A DNA stretch of 64,000 nt from Candidatus Bathyarchaeota archaeon (GTDB taxonomy: Archaea > Thermoproteota > Bathyarchaeia > Bathyarchaeales > Bathycorpusculaceae), in assembly GCA_963775685.1 (NCBI GenBank), contig CAVZJV010000014.1, positions 1,504,001 through 1,568,000 of the forward strand, read 5' to 3'. The translations under genes were made by a program, and so were the position numbers. Shown here one piece after another: positions 50,317-60,102 of this stretch. Position 1 is the stretch's first letter; the number at the start of each line of letters is the position of its first letter. The notes under the pieces were generated by a model. The model was not told the DNA's origin, made no database searches, and was given only the letters and a program-made list of their open reading frames with translations.

Positions 50317-50823
50317 TTATTCGTGCTTCCGTTTAGGCCTCCTTGCCAAATATACAAATGCTCTAGCAATCAATGATAAGCCAACCAGCACAAGCAAAGA
50401 TGCCCAGAACTGAAACCAGCCATTAAGCGTCCCAGCCAATAGGAAAACATTCGCTATAACGGCAGCGCCTAGCCAGAATATTAAGTCACCCATGCTTTGA
50501 GCTATCCTCCTAATCCTCGAATGGACCACCAATCTGAGGACTAAAATTATGATTTGCAGGACACCTACGCCTAAGAAAAAATTCATGATTGCATTGTAGA
50601 ACCCTTGGTGATCAGCGGGGTGGGCGGGTGAGAGCAGGGTTATGGTGCTTGAGGTGTTGAGGTAGCTTTGGGTTGTTAAGTCGTTGAAGAAGTAGCTTGT
50701 TTGTTCAGCTATGCCCGGGGTGAATGCGAATACGAAGCCTAAAATTATGAAAAATCCGCCTACGGCTATGGCAGCGATTAAGCCTTCATGCAAAAACCTA
50801 TTTTTAACCGCACTATGAGTCAT
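50317..50823 (-). CDS. Membrane protein, paralog of 31912..32433
   Basis: Shared motifs PAHPAD, FWLG and WFQFWA..ARAFV. Confidence 0.7.
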   Translation of the reverse strand: MTHSAVKNRFLHEGLIAAIAVGGFFIILGFVFAFTPGIAEQTSYFFNDLTTQSYLNTSSTITLLSPAHPADHQGFYNAIMNFFLGVGVLQIIILVLRLVVHSRIRRIAQSMGDLIFWLGAAVIANVFLLAGTLNGWFQFWASLLVLVGLSLIARAFVYLARRPKRKHE

Positions 50824-50896
50824 GCCTAGTGCACCTTCACCAATTCTGCTTATGCAACAATTGCAATATAACACTTTGTTTCTGAAGCGGTTTGAC

Positions 50897-51511
50897 TTAA
50901 TAATTCTTGTACCATTTGGCGAATTTTTGGATGGCTGCTGCCCTGTGTGAGTAGCCGTTTTTTTCTTCTATTGCCATTTCCGCAAAAGTTTTGGGGCTCC
51001 CTTCTGGCTGGAAGATTGGGTCAAAGCCGAAGCCCGATTTACCTTGTTCCTTCCGCTCGGACATCGTGATTTCGCCTCTGGACTCTCCCTCAAAGCATGT
51101 TGGTTCACAGGATGTTTGGTTGTCGCAAAAGGCAATAACAGATTGGAAATGGGCACATCGATTTTTGTTGTTTTCCATGAGTTTTAGGATGCCGTCGTTG
51201 TGGACTGTATGGTAAACGTAAGCGGCATATGGACCGGGAAAACCGTTTAGGGCATCGACGAATAAGCCTGCGTCTTCGACAAAGATTGGCAACTTACAAC
51301 GCTGGTAAGCGTTCTTGACGCTTTTTTGCGCGATTTCTTTAAGACTCTCACTTTGGATTTCGTCGCCCTTGAGCTTGAGCATGCCAACTGCGAGGCCTTG
51401 CTGGCTAAGAATCCTGCGTGCCTCATTGAACTTGTTGATGTTGCCTGTTGCAAAGAAAACAACCTTACGTTTGGGAAGCTGGCATACTTCATTGTTTGCG
51501 TTCTTCGACAT
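50897..51511 (-). CDS. rdgB: XTP/dITP diphosphatase (RdgB/Ham1)
   Basis: ATGN.NK, EDAGL...LNGFPGPY, GFGFDPIF, SHR. Confidence 0.93.
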   Translation of the reverse strand: MSKNANNEVCQLPKRKVVFFATGNINKFNEARRILSQQGLAVGMLKLKGDEIQSESLKEIAQKSVKNAYQRCKLPIFVEDAGLFVDALNGFPGPYAAYVYHTVHNDGILKLMENNKNRCAHFQSVIAFCDNQTSCEPTCFEGESRGEITMSERKEQGKSGFGFDPIFQPEGSPKTFAEMAIEEKNGYSHRAAAIQKFAKWYKNY

Positions 51512-52157
51512 AGCGTCCACGCTTCTCTATCTCCCTAATTTTCTCATAAACCTTTTCCGCCGCCTCGACACCTACGATGGATGAATAGCCGCAAAGCACA
51601 CCTTGGAAGCATTCCTCCCAGAACATGTAATGCGTACTCTGCAGTGCACGTTTGAGCAAGTGCAAATCCACCCCTTGTGCCTCCAACTCTGAGTTTTTAT
51701 CACCCAAGCCGAAGTCCACAAAGTACAGTTTGCCCATGGGTGTCAGGATCATATTTGAGGTGGTTAAGTCGCCATGGATTAAGCCATACATATGGAGCCG
51801 TGCGATGAATTCGCCGATCCTGACGCATAAGTCTTGGCGATCGGTCTTCGATGCATTGTTCAAAACCTGTTTTACTTGCTGCCCTTCAATATACTGCATT
51901 ATTATAGAGGATTCTGGCAAGTTTACCATGTAAATAAGTGGTGTTGGCACCCCAGCGGCTTTGGCTTCATGCATCAACTGTGGCTCATGTACTGTTCGGT
52001 AGCTGCGAATCCGTTCATCTAGTTCTAGTGAACGATACTTTTTGGGAATGCGGACTTTTATGATTACTTTTCTTTCATGCCAATCTGTGAGGAAGAGGCT
52101 AGCTTCGGCGCCCTTCTTTAGTAACTTTGCTGTATTTACTTTATCTATTGTATCCAT
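51489..52157 (-). CDS. bud32: KEOPS kinase Bud32
   Basis: GAEA, K.R.PK.YR, HGDLTTSN, DFGL, VDL. Confidence 0.93.
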   Translation of the reverse strand: MDTIDKVNTAKLLKKGAEASLFLTDWHERKVIIKVRIPKKYRSLELDERIRSYRTVHEPQLMHEAKAAGVPTPLIYMVNLPESSIIMQYIEGQQVKQVLNNASKTDRQDLCVRIGEFIARLHMYGLIHGDLTTSNMILTPMGKLYFVDFGLGDKNSELEAQGVDLHLLKRALQSTHYMFWEECFQGVLCGYSSIVGVEAAEKVYEKIREIEKRGRYVEERKQ

Positions 52158-53173
52158 GGCACATCCACCTTGTCTACTCGCCAACGCAACTTCACGTAAC
52201 TCTCAGCCATTGGCGTAACTATACCTTGTTGAAAAGCTAAAATCCCTGTCCATGCAATCATTGCACCGTTGTCTGTTGCAAACTCCAATGGAACCACGCT
52301 GAACTTAGCATCATGTTCTTGGGCGATGACTGCAAGCATGGATTGCAACCGCTTATTCGCCGCTACGCCGCCCGTTAACAGGACTTCCTTTTTTTCGGTA
52401 TGCGCAAGTGCACGTTCGGTGACTTCCGATACCATAGAGAAAGCATGTTCTTGGAGACTGTAGCACAAATCCTCCAGTCGACAATCGCCTCTTCGCAACG
52501 CCGCAGTAGCCGACGTCAATAATCCGCTAAGCGACAAATCCATCCCCTTCACCACATATGGCAAAGAAACCAGCTTTTCACCTTTCACTGCTAGCTGTTC
52601 TACGGCAGCGCCAAGCGCCAAACCCTTCTTATGTTTAAGACCAGCTTCCCTGGCGAATACATCCAAGCAGTTTCCAAGAGCGATGTCTAAAGTTTCGCCG
52701 AAAACCCTGTAACGACCCGCCTCAAACGCGGTGACCATGGTGTTGCCGCCTGAAGCGTAGAGTGTCACGGGGTCTTGGGCACTCGTTTTAAGTTTGCCTA
52801 TTTCGATGTGGGCAACGGAATGGTTCACGCCGACTAGCGGAACTTTGAGATAAGAAGCTAAGGCGCGGGCAACGGTGGCTCCTGTACGCAAGGATGGGCC
52901 CAAGCCTGGACCTTGGGAAAAAGCGATAACTGACAATTCACGCGGTTTCAACCCAGCCTTGACCAATGCTTCACTGAGGATTTTGTCTGCGACTTCAGCA
53001 TGGTGTCTTGCGGCTTCTCTAGGGTGGATACCCCCTTCCACAGGGATGTAGCTGTCGGATTTGTTGGCGATAATTTCGCCACTAAACGTGACTATTCCAA
53101 CGCCAAAGTCGTCAGCTGAGGATTCAATGCCAAGGCAGTAATTGCCTGAATTGTCTTTTCTGGTTTTTTTCAT
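52145..53173 (-). CDS. kae1: tRNA threonylcarbamoyltransferase Kae1
   Basis: GIESSA, GGIHP, GPGLGP, NHSVAHIE, GETLDIA.GN, GGVAAN, DNGAMIA. Confidence 0.95.
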   Translation of the reverse strand: MKKTRKDNSGNYCLGIESSADDFGVGIVTFSGEIIANKSDSYIPVEGGIHPREAARHHAEVADKILSEALVKAGLKPRELSVIAFSQGPGLGPSLRTGATVARALASYLKVPLVGVNHSVAHIEIGKLKTSAQDPVTLYASGGNTMVTAFEAGRYRVFGETLDIALGNCLDVFAREAGLKHKKGLALGAAVEQLAVKGEKLVSLPYVVKGMDLSLSGLLTSATAALRRGDCRLEDLCYSLQEHAFSMVSEVTERALAHTEKKEVLLTGGVAANKRLQSMLAVIAQEHDAKFSVVPLEFATDNGAMIAWTGILAFQQGIVTPMAESYVKLRWRVDKVDVPWIQ

Positions 53174-53255
53174 ACCATTCCACGTTTAACTAGGGATACA
53201 TATTTTTATGTGAATCCAACGCATATATTATTGTATTATTTGGAACTGATCATAA

Positions 53256-53681
53256 ATGCCTAAGCGTAATGACCTTGAACAGAAAGCTCTTCACTACGTC
53301 GTCGGTACAGGCTATCAGGGTGTACTGCAATCAGATTTATGGCGTGAACTCGGCGCAAGCAGCCGCGAAGGCTCACGCGTCTCTATTAAATTGGAAGAGA
53401 AAGGGCTTATCCGCAGAGAAAAAGAACTTCAAGAAGGAAGGTGGACATACAGGCTCTACCCTAAGAGGTTACCTGCATCCATAGAAACCATAATGGACTG
53501 CCCGTGTTTACTATGCCCAGACAACGCACGCTGCGATCCCACAACCGCCCTTTCCCCTAAAAGTTGCCCCAAACTAACTGATTGGATTTTAAACTTAGGA
53601 AAACCGCCAGCACCCGCTACTGGTCCTGAGGGTCCAAGCATACAAGAGGATGATTCCGTTGCCGAAAGCTTGGATACGTGA
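53256..53681 (+). CDS. tfeB: Transcription factor E beta subunit (RPC34/C39-like wHTH + FeS domain)
   Basis: GVLQSDLWRELG...SR...KLEEKGLI.R, then PC..C.....C......SP..C..L..W cluster. Confidence 0.75.
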   Translation: MPKRNDLEQKALHYVVGTGYQGVLQSDLWRELGASSREGSRVSIKLEEKGLIRREKELQEGRWTYRLYPKRLPASIETIMDCPCLLCPDNARCDPTTALSPKSCPKLTDWILNLGKPPAPATGPEGPSIQEDDSVAESLDT

Positions 53682-54267
53682 AAGAAAAAACGAATATTAT
53701 TATAAAAAAGCCAAAGAAGAAAATTATCGCAGCCGATCCATATACAAGTTGGTTCAAGCTAATGAGAAATATGGCTTCATTAAACTTCGTGATGTAGTTG
53801 TTGATTTAGGCGCTGCTCCAGGCGGTTGGATTCAAGCAGCAAGAAAAATGACGGGCAGAAAAGGCTTTGTTTTAGGCATAGACTTAAAGGCCATTGAACC
53901 TTTCACGCAAGAATACATCCGAACAATCATTGCTGACTTCACTGAGCCAGGAATTGTTGATCAAATCCTTTCATTTATTCCTCGCAAAGCGGACATAGTT
54001 CTATGTGACGCTGCCCCAAACATTACAGGTGTGTGGGAAGTTGACCATGCACGACAAATCGACTTGGCTACCCAAGCCTTAGAAATAGCACAATGCGTGC
54101 TGCGACCCACTGGTAACTTTTTTGTCAAAGTCTTCGAAGGCGATATGCTTAACGAGTTCCAGTTGCACATAAAGACGCTCTTTGAGGAAGTTAAGTTGGT
54201 GAAACCGCAGGCAAGCCGACAAAAAAGCTCAGAGATGTATCTTTTAGCCTTAGGCTTAAAGGCTTAG
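53659..54267 (+). CDS. rlmE: 23S rRNA Um2552 methyltransferase RlmE/FtsJ
   Basis: YRSR..YKL, DLGAAPGGW, D.APN, K.F.G, KP.ASR..SSE.Y. Confidence 0.93.
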   Translation: MPKAWIRERKNEYYYKKAKEENYRSRSIYKLVQANEKYGFIKLRDVVVDLGAAPGGWIQAARKMTGRKGFVLGIDLKAIEPFTQEYIRTIIADFTEPGIVDQILSFIPRKADIVLCDAAPNITGVWEVDHARQIDLATQALEIAQCVLRPTGNFFVKVFEGDMLNEFQLHIKTLFEEVKLVKPQASRQKSSEMYLLALGLKA

Positions 54268-54432
54268 AATTAATTTTGAAGCGTAAATCTTATTCTGAAA
54301 GAATGCGACATTAAAAGCTCGAACAATTAGGTAGAAAACTCTTATCTGAAGCTTAAAGGACAAAAACAACTAATCAAAAGTACAGCAAAACCTTTAAGCT
54401 CACTTGCAGTAGGACTCTAAAGAGGCTGAATT

Positions 54433-55128
54433 GTGGAAAACCTGAAAACAGTGCATCTTCCACTTTGGGAGGTTGGTTTAGTCATTGTAGCAACGTTTTT
54501 CGTAACCATTTTTCTAGGCGCCGCAATTCTGCTTTTGTTCGGAGATGCAATTACGCTTATTGCAGGTGAGCTGTTAGTACTTATAGTTCCCCTAATATAC
54601 CTAATATCCAAACGTGTAAATGTAAAAGACTACGTTCGAATAAACCTTAACCCTAAATACATAGGGATCGGCTTAGCTTGTGGATTATTTTTGCTTATCG
54701 TAAACATTTTTGTTTCAGGTGCTTTAACCACTATCTTTGGAGAAAGCACAGCAGTACAACAATCTAACCAGTTAGTCACCAATCTGGCAACGACACCTTG
54801 GGGGCTAACTGCTGTGGCTATTTCCTTGGCTTTGGCTGGAATTTGTGAAGAATTCGCATTCCGTGGTTTTTTACAAAATTCAATCTTTAAAACATTAAAA
54901 AACTCAAAATATGCAAAATTTTCAGCCATCATATCTATTGTTTTCTCAGCTACCGTTTTTGGGCTCTTCCATTTTGACCCACAGGGCGTATACACTCTTT
55001 CCGCTCTCGCAAGTGGATGTGTGTTAGGTTACTTTTACTATCGGTGGAACTACATTGTTTCGGCAACGGCGCATGCAAGCATGAACATCATTGTTCTGAT
55101 ATTTCTCTTGCTCAGCTTAGGGGTTTAA
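54433..55128 (+). CDS. CPBP (CAAX/Abi) intramembrane protease
   Basis: EEFAFRG, FGLFH, AH..MN. Confidence 0.9.
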   Translation: MENLKTVHLPLWEVGLVIVATFFVTIFLGAAILLLFGDAITLIAGELLVLIVPLIYLISKRVNVKDYVRINLNPKYIGIGLACGLFLLIVNIFVSGALTTIFGESTAVQQSNQLVTNLATTPWGLTAVAISLALAGICEEFAFRGFLQNSIFKTLKNSKYAKFSAIISIVFSATVFGLFHFDPQGVYTLSALASGCVLGYFYYRWNYIVSATAHASMNIIVLIFLLLSLGV

Positions 55129-55993
55129 AGGGAATTTTACTCAAACCTACGATTTCCAAACTTATATCCAATGCCTTAACGCTGTGAGTCAGCTCGCCCA
55201 AACTTATTATATCTATATTTGCATTCGCAAAGTCCACCAGTTTTTCATCTGTAATTCCGCCGCTCACTTCAAGCAGTACTCTGCTAAAACCAGCCTCCTT
55301 AAGTGCTGCACTTGCGATCTTCGCTTGTTTGGATGAAAAATTATCCAGCATGATGATGTCGGCGCCGACATTTGCCGCTTTCAAAGCGTCCTCAACATTT
55401 GTAACTTCAACTTCGATTTTTTTAGTAAAAGAAGCATTAGCTTTAGCCCTCTTAACTGCTTCCTCAACACTTCCAACGATAACGAGATGGTTATCTTTAA
55501 TCAAAACCATATCGTCCAAATGTAACCTATGTGGGTCGCCGCTTCCAATAATCACGGCTTTTTTGTCAAAATAAAGCAGCCCAGGCGCGGATTTGCGCGT
55601 TGCCGCAATTTTCGCTTTCAGGTTTAATGCCTCAAGCTTGTCGATTAGCATTCTGGTTTTGGTTGCGATGCCGCTCATTCGCGAAAGAAGATTAAGTATT
55701 GTTCTTTCAACGGATAGGATAGTTTGGGCGTCTCCTGAAATCTGCAGTAGGACTTGTTTGTTTTTTATTTCTTCGCCGTCTGCAACTTTAGTAATTACTG
55801 TCAGCCCTAAGTATTCGATAAGAAATGTTGCTTCTGCAATTCCAGCCGCTATCCCCTCCGACTTCGCAACTACTTCTGCGTTGACAGCTAAATTTGGAGG
55901 AATAACTGCTGAGGCTGTTACGTCGCCCAGTCCGATGTCATCGGCGAGGATTTGCTTGAGCTTTTCCTCCACGATTTGCCTTGGAATAAACAT
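55112..55993 (-). CDS. nadC: Quinolinate phosphoribosyltransferase
   Basis: ERTILN..MSGIAT, TRK..PG, HR..L.D..LIKDNH, EVEV, LDN, SGGI. Confidence 0.95.
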   Translation of the reverse strand: MFIPRQIVEEKLKQILADDIGLGDVTASAVIPPNLAVNAEVVAKSEGIAAGIAEATFLIEYLGLTVITKVADGEEIKNKQVLLQISGDAQTILSVERTILNLLSRMSGIATKTRMLIDKLEALNLKAKIAATRKSAPGLLYFDKKAVIIGSGDPHRLHLDDMVLIKDNHLVIVGSVEEAVKRAKANASFTKKIEVEVTNVEDALKAANVGADIIMLDNFSSKQAKIASAALKEAGFSRVLLEVSGGITDEKLVDFANANIDIISLGELTHSVKALDISLEIVGLSKIPFKPLS

Positions 55994-56096
55994 GTTGTAG
56001 TGTTGGCGTTCATAGCTTAAAATGCTTGCCTTTCCTTGGTTGAACCAAGCTATAGGCTATAGTTCAAATATAATCTTGCACTTACACGTACGCTGT

Positions 56097-57236
56097 ATGC
56101 GACTGCTACTCAGCTGCTCTGAACTCGGATTGGGTCATGTTTCACGGATAATTCCTTTAGGGAAGCGGCTGGAGAAAGACGGTCATGAAATGTTCTTCTT
56201 TTCAGGTGGCAAAGCCCATAAGTTGCTTCAGAAAGAGTTCAGCCACGTGTATGAATGCACGCCAGTTTCATGGTATGAAAATGCTCATGGCATAATCACA
56301 TCCGCCTCCCTAATCAATCTGTTATTTCCACTTCCTCTCTTCAACATGGAAAAAAACAGAATAGAAATAAAACCATCCAACGCAATGGAAACCATCAATC
56401 GCTACTACGATTTAAGAGAAAAACTTCATGATATCGCTCCTGACCTGCTCATCGCTGACGGAGACATAAATGCCCTCCGGCTTGCCCAAAGATGGAAAAT
56501 TCCTTCAGTTTATATTGCAAACATGATTAGGCCCAGCTACGGTTTCTCATCTTTCTTGAGTCCAGGTGAACGGATAGTTGAGCGGTACGTTAAGCAAACC
56601 TCAAAAATAATTATACCTGATAACCCACCGCCCTACACCGTATCCGAATACAATATCGGCAACATTGAAAGCATGAATCTGAACCGAAAAGTCGAGTACG
56701 TCGGAAGCTTCGTGGACACCTCAACTGTTCAAGGCGCTCAGGAACATATTTTTGCGCCCATAAGCGGACCCATTGGAACTAGAGCAAAGCTTGAGAAAAC
56801 GCTTTTACCGGTACTTGAAAAACTAAAAACCAAATCCGTTATAAGCTTAGGAACACCAGGAAAGAAGGTTTCAACTAAAATTGGCAACATTGAAATCCAC
56901 ACTTGGCTCTCACCTGAAGAGCGAGCAGAAGCTATGCGGAACGCCAAGTTTGTGATTTTCAGCGGCGGTCACGCAACATGTTTTGAAACAATCAAGTATT
57001 CCAAACCAAGCATCTGCATCCCCACACAACCTGAACAACTGGGCAACGCAGCAAAACTGCAAGACCTCAACTGCTCCATAACTGTAAAGAACCAGAAGCA
57101 ACTTAAAAAAGCGGTTGAAAAGATGGAAAACCAAAAAGAAGCCTATAACAGAAGCGTGAAGAAGCTAAACGAGTTCTCTAACAGGTTTAATGGTTTAGAG
57201 CGTGCAACTACGATAGTTGAGACCGCGTTGGATTAA
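56097..57236 (+). CDS. GT-B glycosyltransferase (MJ1255/MurG-like)
   Basis: GLGHVSR, GGH.T..E.I..KP...IP.QPEQ..NA. Confidence 0.85.
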   Translation: MRLLLSCSELGLGHVSRIIPLGKRLEKDGHEMFFFSGGKAHKLLQKEFSHVYECTPVSWYENAHGIITSASLINLLFPLPLFNMEKNRIEIKPSNAMETINRYYDLREKLHDIAPDLLIADGDINALRLAQRWKIPSVYIANMIRPSYGFSSFLSPGERIVERYVKQTSKIIIPDNPPPYTVSEYNIGNIESMNLNRKVEYVGSFVDTSTVQGAQEHIFAPISGPIGTRAKLEKTLLPVLEKLKTKSVISLGTPGKKVSTKIGNIEIHTWLSPEERAEAMRNAKFVIFSGGHATCFETIKYSKPSICIPTQPEQLGNAAKLQDLNCSITVKNQKQLKKAVEKMENQKEAYNRSVKKLNEFSNRFNGLERATTIVETALD

Positions 57237-57240
57237 TAGG

Positions 57241-57864
57241 TTATTTTGTCAGGTTTAGGCGTTTGACTTCTCCGTTTGGTGTTTCTTCATCGAAGACGAT
57301 TGCTTTGAACTTGTAGATCTTGGCGTCTTTAGTTAACCAGCTGTCTGGGGGTACGCCTGCTTTCATGCAGCACTGACACAAAAACTCCTCTTCACACCAA
57401 CCCCATTCCACAGGCACCTGCGGGAGCAACAGTCCTTTGTATGGGCCCCGCTCAACGATTAAACCGTCAACCCCCACTTTGATTTTGTCAACGTACTCCT
57501 TTGGATTCTTAACTTCCACTTGTTCTGGCGGCGTTAAAACGCTAACCTCAAAAACTACGTTTTCTAACTCGCCGAGGGATAGAGGTTCAAACCGTGGGTC
57601 TTCGGTTGCAGCGTTGATGGCGCTGTCAATTACTGCTTCTACAAGGGGGCTTGTGGGGTATGGGTAGCCGATGCAGCCTCTGAGTTCCTTCTCATTGCCT
57701 TGGAGGCTGTTTATGGTTACGAATATTCCGCAGTGCTCGAAGAGTTTTTTGGGTGTTTCTTTGGGCGGCTTGAGGGTTTTGCCTGTTTCTAGGTACTCTT
57801 TTACGGTGTTCCTTGCAAGCTGGATTAGGAATTTTCCTTCTTCTTGGGTTAGTTCAAACGACAT
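57241..57864 (-). CDS. AMMECR1/AmmeMemoRadiSam protein A
   Basis: G.FVT, LRGCIG, AA.EDPRF, EVSVLT, GLLLPQV, C.KAG. Confidence 0.93.
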   Translation of the reverse strand: MSFELTQEEGKFLIQLARNTVKEYLETGKTLKPPKETPKKLFEHCGIFVTINSLQGNEKELRGCIGYPYPTSPLVEAVIDSAINAATEDPRFEPLSLGELENVVFEVSVLTPPEQVEVKNPKEYVDKIKVGVDGLIVERGPYKGLLLPQVPVEWGWCEEEFLCQCCMKAGVPPDSWLTKDAKIYKFKAIVFDEETPNGEVKRLNLTK

Positions 57865-57941
57865 ATTTTTCCTTCCTTTAAGAGCCTTTGCACTGCTCAA
57901 TAAGTTGAGGTAACTAAAAAATTTTAAAAAAATAAAGTTGG

Positions 57942-58640
57942 TTAAAACTTTACTGATTCTTCAGTGACGCCCTCCTTAGTTATGATAAGGAAGTCTATTC
58001 CGTCACCGCTCATAGAATCGCGGCTAACCGCTGACTTTATCGACCTAGTAACAAGATCTTTTGCTTCTTTTACAGTCATTGTTTCTTGGTAGCCTTCTTC
58101 GAGAACACCCATGGCGATTTCTGTGCCTGAACCGACGACCGCATACTTGTCAGGAATCAGGGAACCTAAGACGTCAAGAACGTAGAGTGATGCACCTTCG
58201 TCATCTAAGCCGCCGACGATTGTCTGGGTGAATAATGGTGAGTACCGACGATTGAACAGTACGTTAGCTAAGAGTTTTGATGCTGAACGCACGCTGATTT
58301 TTCTTCCAACATCCATACTGAAGAGGTTTGCTTGCGCCTGCATTTCTTTGGCAAGAATCTGCATGTCTCCAATCAATCCCGCACATGCTACGCCGATTTG
58401 GTCGGAAACTTTGAAGACTTTTTTGCCGCCTTTACTCATGATAAAGTTTCCGTATGTGACTCTTTTTTCGGAAGCTAAAATTACTCCATCTTTGAAGATA
58501 GCGCCCACTGTGGTGGCGCCTGGCATCCATCCACCGCCTTGCTGGGCTTGGTTGCCTTGAGCTTGCTGCTGGTCTTGTGGCATCAGCTGGATTTGTGGAA
58601 TATTGGGTAATCCAGGTAGTTGTGGTCCATAACCTTCCAT
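57942..58640 (-). CDS. psmB: Proteasome beta subunit
   Basis: GATTVG..FKDGVILASE.R, AG..GD.Q, GSG, RD..SGDG. Confidence 0.92.
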   Translation of the reverse strand: MEGYGPQLPGLPNIPQIQLMPQDQQQAQGNQAQQGGGWMPGATTVGAIFKDGVILASEKRVTYGNFIMSKGGKKVFKVSDQIGVACAGLIGDMQILAKEMQAQANLFSMDVGRKISVRSASKLLANVLFNRRYSPLFTQTIVGGLDDEGASLYVLDVLGSLIPDKYAVVGSGTEIAMGVLEEGYQETMTVKEAKDLVTRSIKSAVSRDSMSGDGIDFLIITKEGVTEESVKF

Positions 58641-58721
58641 AATTTTCGCCTTTTCTTGATATACACAACACAAATAATTAAGGTTACTTATAACCATTAT
58701 AGAGTAAGCGGAGAGGCTTGA

Positions 58722-58892
58722 ATGAGTGAGTCTAAACCGTTAAGGTGGTAAAGATGCGGCAAACCCCTCGGTTACGTAATCGTCGGCGCTAAGAGCTACT
58801 TGGAAGCTAAACCCGATATGGATAATTTAAAGTTGGCTGCTATATGCATTGATTGTTCCAGTCAGAATACCTTTTTCTTCAGAAAGTTTTAA
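58722..58892 (+). pseudogene. Small Zn-finger-like ORF with internal stop
   Basis: MSESKPLRW*RCGKPLGYV...AICIDC; RBS-like ggagagg upstream. Confidence 0.4.
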
Positions 58893-58932
58893 CATATAGC
58901 TATTTCATTGAGTAGAAAGGGGAGAGACAGAA

Positions 58933-59517
58933 TTGATTGAAGTCTACACCCAAAACTTGGACCAAACATGGTTTGCAATCGCTCTAAACAATCAACAAGT
59001 TGTCACGTCGTCGTTTGGGGTAAACCAGCGGACAGCGATAAAAAATGTTTTAGGCAACATATCCTTCAACCGTGCGTTCCAGGTTTTCCATGAACCCACA
59101 ACCTTCGCCAAAAAGGTACTCGCAACATTAAAATGCATCTACGACGGCAAAGATGTAACCCCTAACTTACCTTTGGCAACAAACCATTTGCCCTCTTATA
59201 CCAAAAAAGTCCTAAAAACAACCTCAACAATCCCGCTTGGCTACGTGACTTCTTATGGCGAAATCGCCAAAGCCGTCGGCGGCGGACCAAGAGCAGTTGG
59301 CAACATAATGGCATCCAACCCCTTTGCTCCAATCGTTCCCTGCCATAGAGTTGTTCGGGCAGATTTTTCGTTGGGCGGTTATGGTTTTGGCTTAAAGGAG
59401 AAGATAGATTTTTTGGGAAGGGAAAAGCGAGGATTTTCTTTTTCGAGAGAAATTGAGGTGGATGGCGGACGACTTATGATTTTTCCCGTTGAACAGGTTC
59501 TTCGTAACTTTACTTGA
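58933..59517 (+). CDS. ogt: Methylated-DNA-protein-cysteine methyltransferase
   Basis: IPLG.VTSYGEIA, RAVG, NP..PIVPCHRV. Confidence 0.93.
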   Translation: MIEVYTQNLDQTWFAIALNNQQVVTSSFGVNQRTAIKNVLGNISFNRAFQVFHEPTTFAKKVLATLKCIYDGKDVTPNLPLATNHLPSYTKKVLKTTSTIPLGYVTSYGEIAKAVGGGPRAVGNIMASNPFAPIVPCHRVVRADFSLGGYGFGLKEKIDFLGREKRGFSFSREIEVDGGRLMIFPVEQVLRNFT

Positions 59518-59574
59518 AATTGAGTTACGCAAATCATAAATTCAGCCAAGCCCCACTCAAAGCAAGTGAGCAAC

Positions 59575-60102
59575 ATGGTTAACCGAGGCCTCTTCGTTGG
59601 AAGATTCCAGCCTTTCCATATAGGACACTTAGACGCCATCAAATATTCGCTAAAAGGGGTAGATGAACTTGTTATTGTCATCGGCAGCGCACAGTACAGC
59701 CACAACACTAATAACCCTTTTACGGCAGGCGAGAGGCTGGTTATGGTTCGCCGAGCACTGCTGGAGGCTAAGGTGGATTACTCGAAACTCTGGATTGTTC
59801 CAGTTCCAGACGTTCACCTGCACATGCTTTGGGTAAGCGCAGTTGAAGGCTACACCCCAAAATTCAACGTTCTAATTTCTAACGAGCCTTTAACTAAGAG
59901 GCTATTCATGGAAGGCGGCTACGAGGTTAGAACCATCCCCTTGTTTGAAAGAAAAGTCTACAGTTCAACTTTTGTTCGTGAAAAAATAGTTAAAGACAAT
60001 AGCTGGACTGAGCTTGTGCCAAAAAGTGTTGCGGACTTCATTTTGGAAATAGATGGGGTAAACAGGCTCCGGGATTTAGCTAGAACCGACAGGGTTGGTT
60101 AA
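59575..60102 (+). CDS. nadM: Nicotinamide-nucleotide adenylyltransferase
   Basis: GRFQPFHIGH, GSAQ, NPFTAGER, SST.VR. Confidence 0.94.
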   Translation: MVNRGLFVGRFQPFHIGHLDAIKYSLKGVDELVIVIGSAQYSHNTNNPFTAGERLVMVRRALLEAKVDYSKLWIVPVPDVHLHMLWVSAVEGYTPKFNVLISNEPLTKRLFMEGGYEVRTIPLFERKVYSSTFVREKIVKDNSWTELVPKSVADFILEIDGVNRLRDLARTDRVG

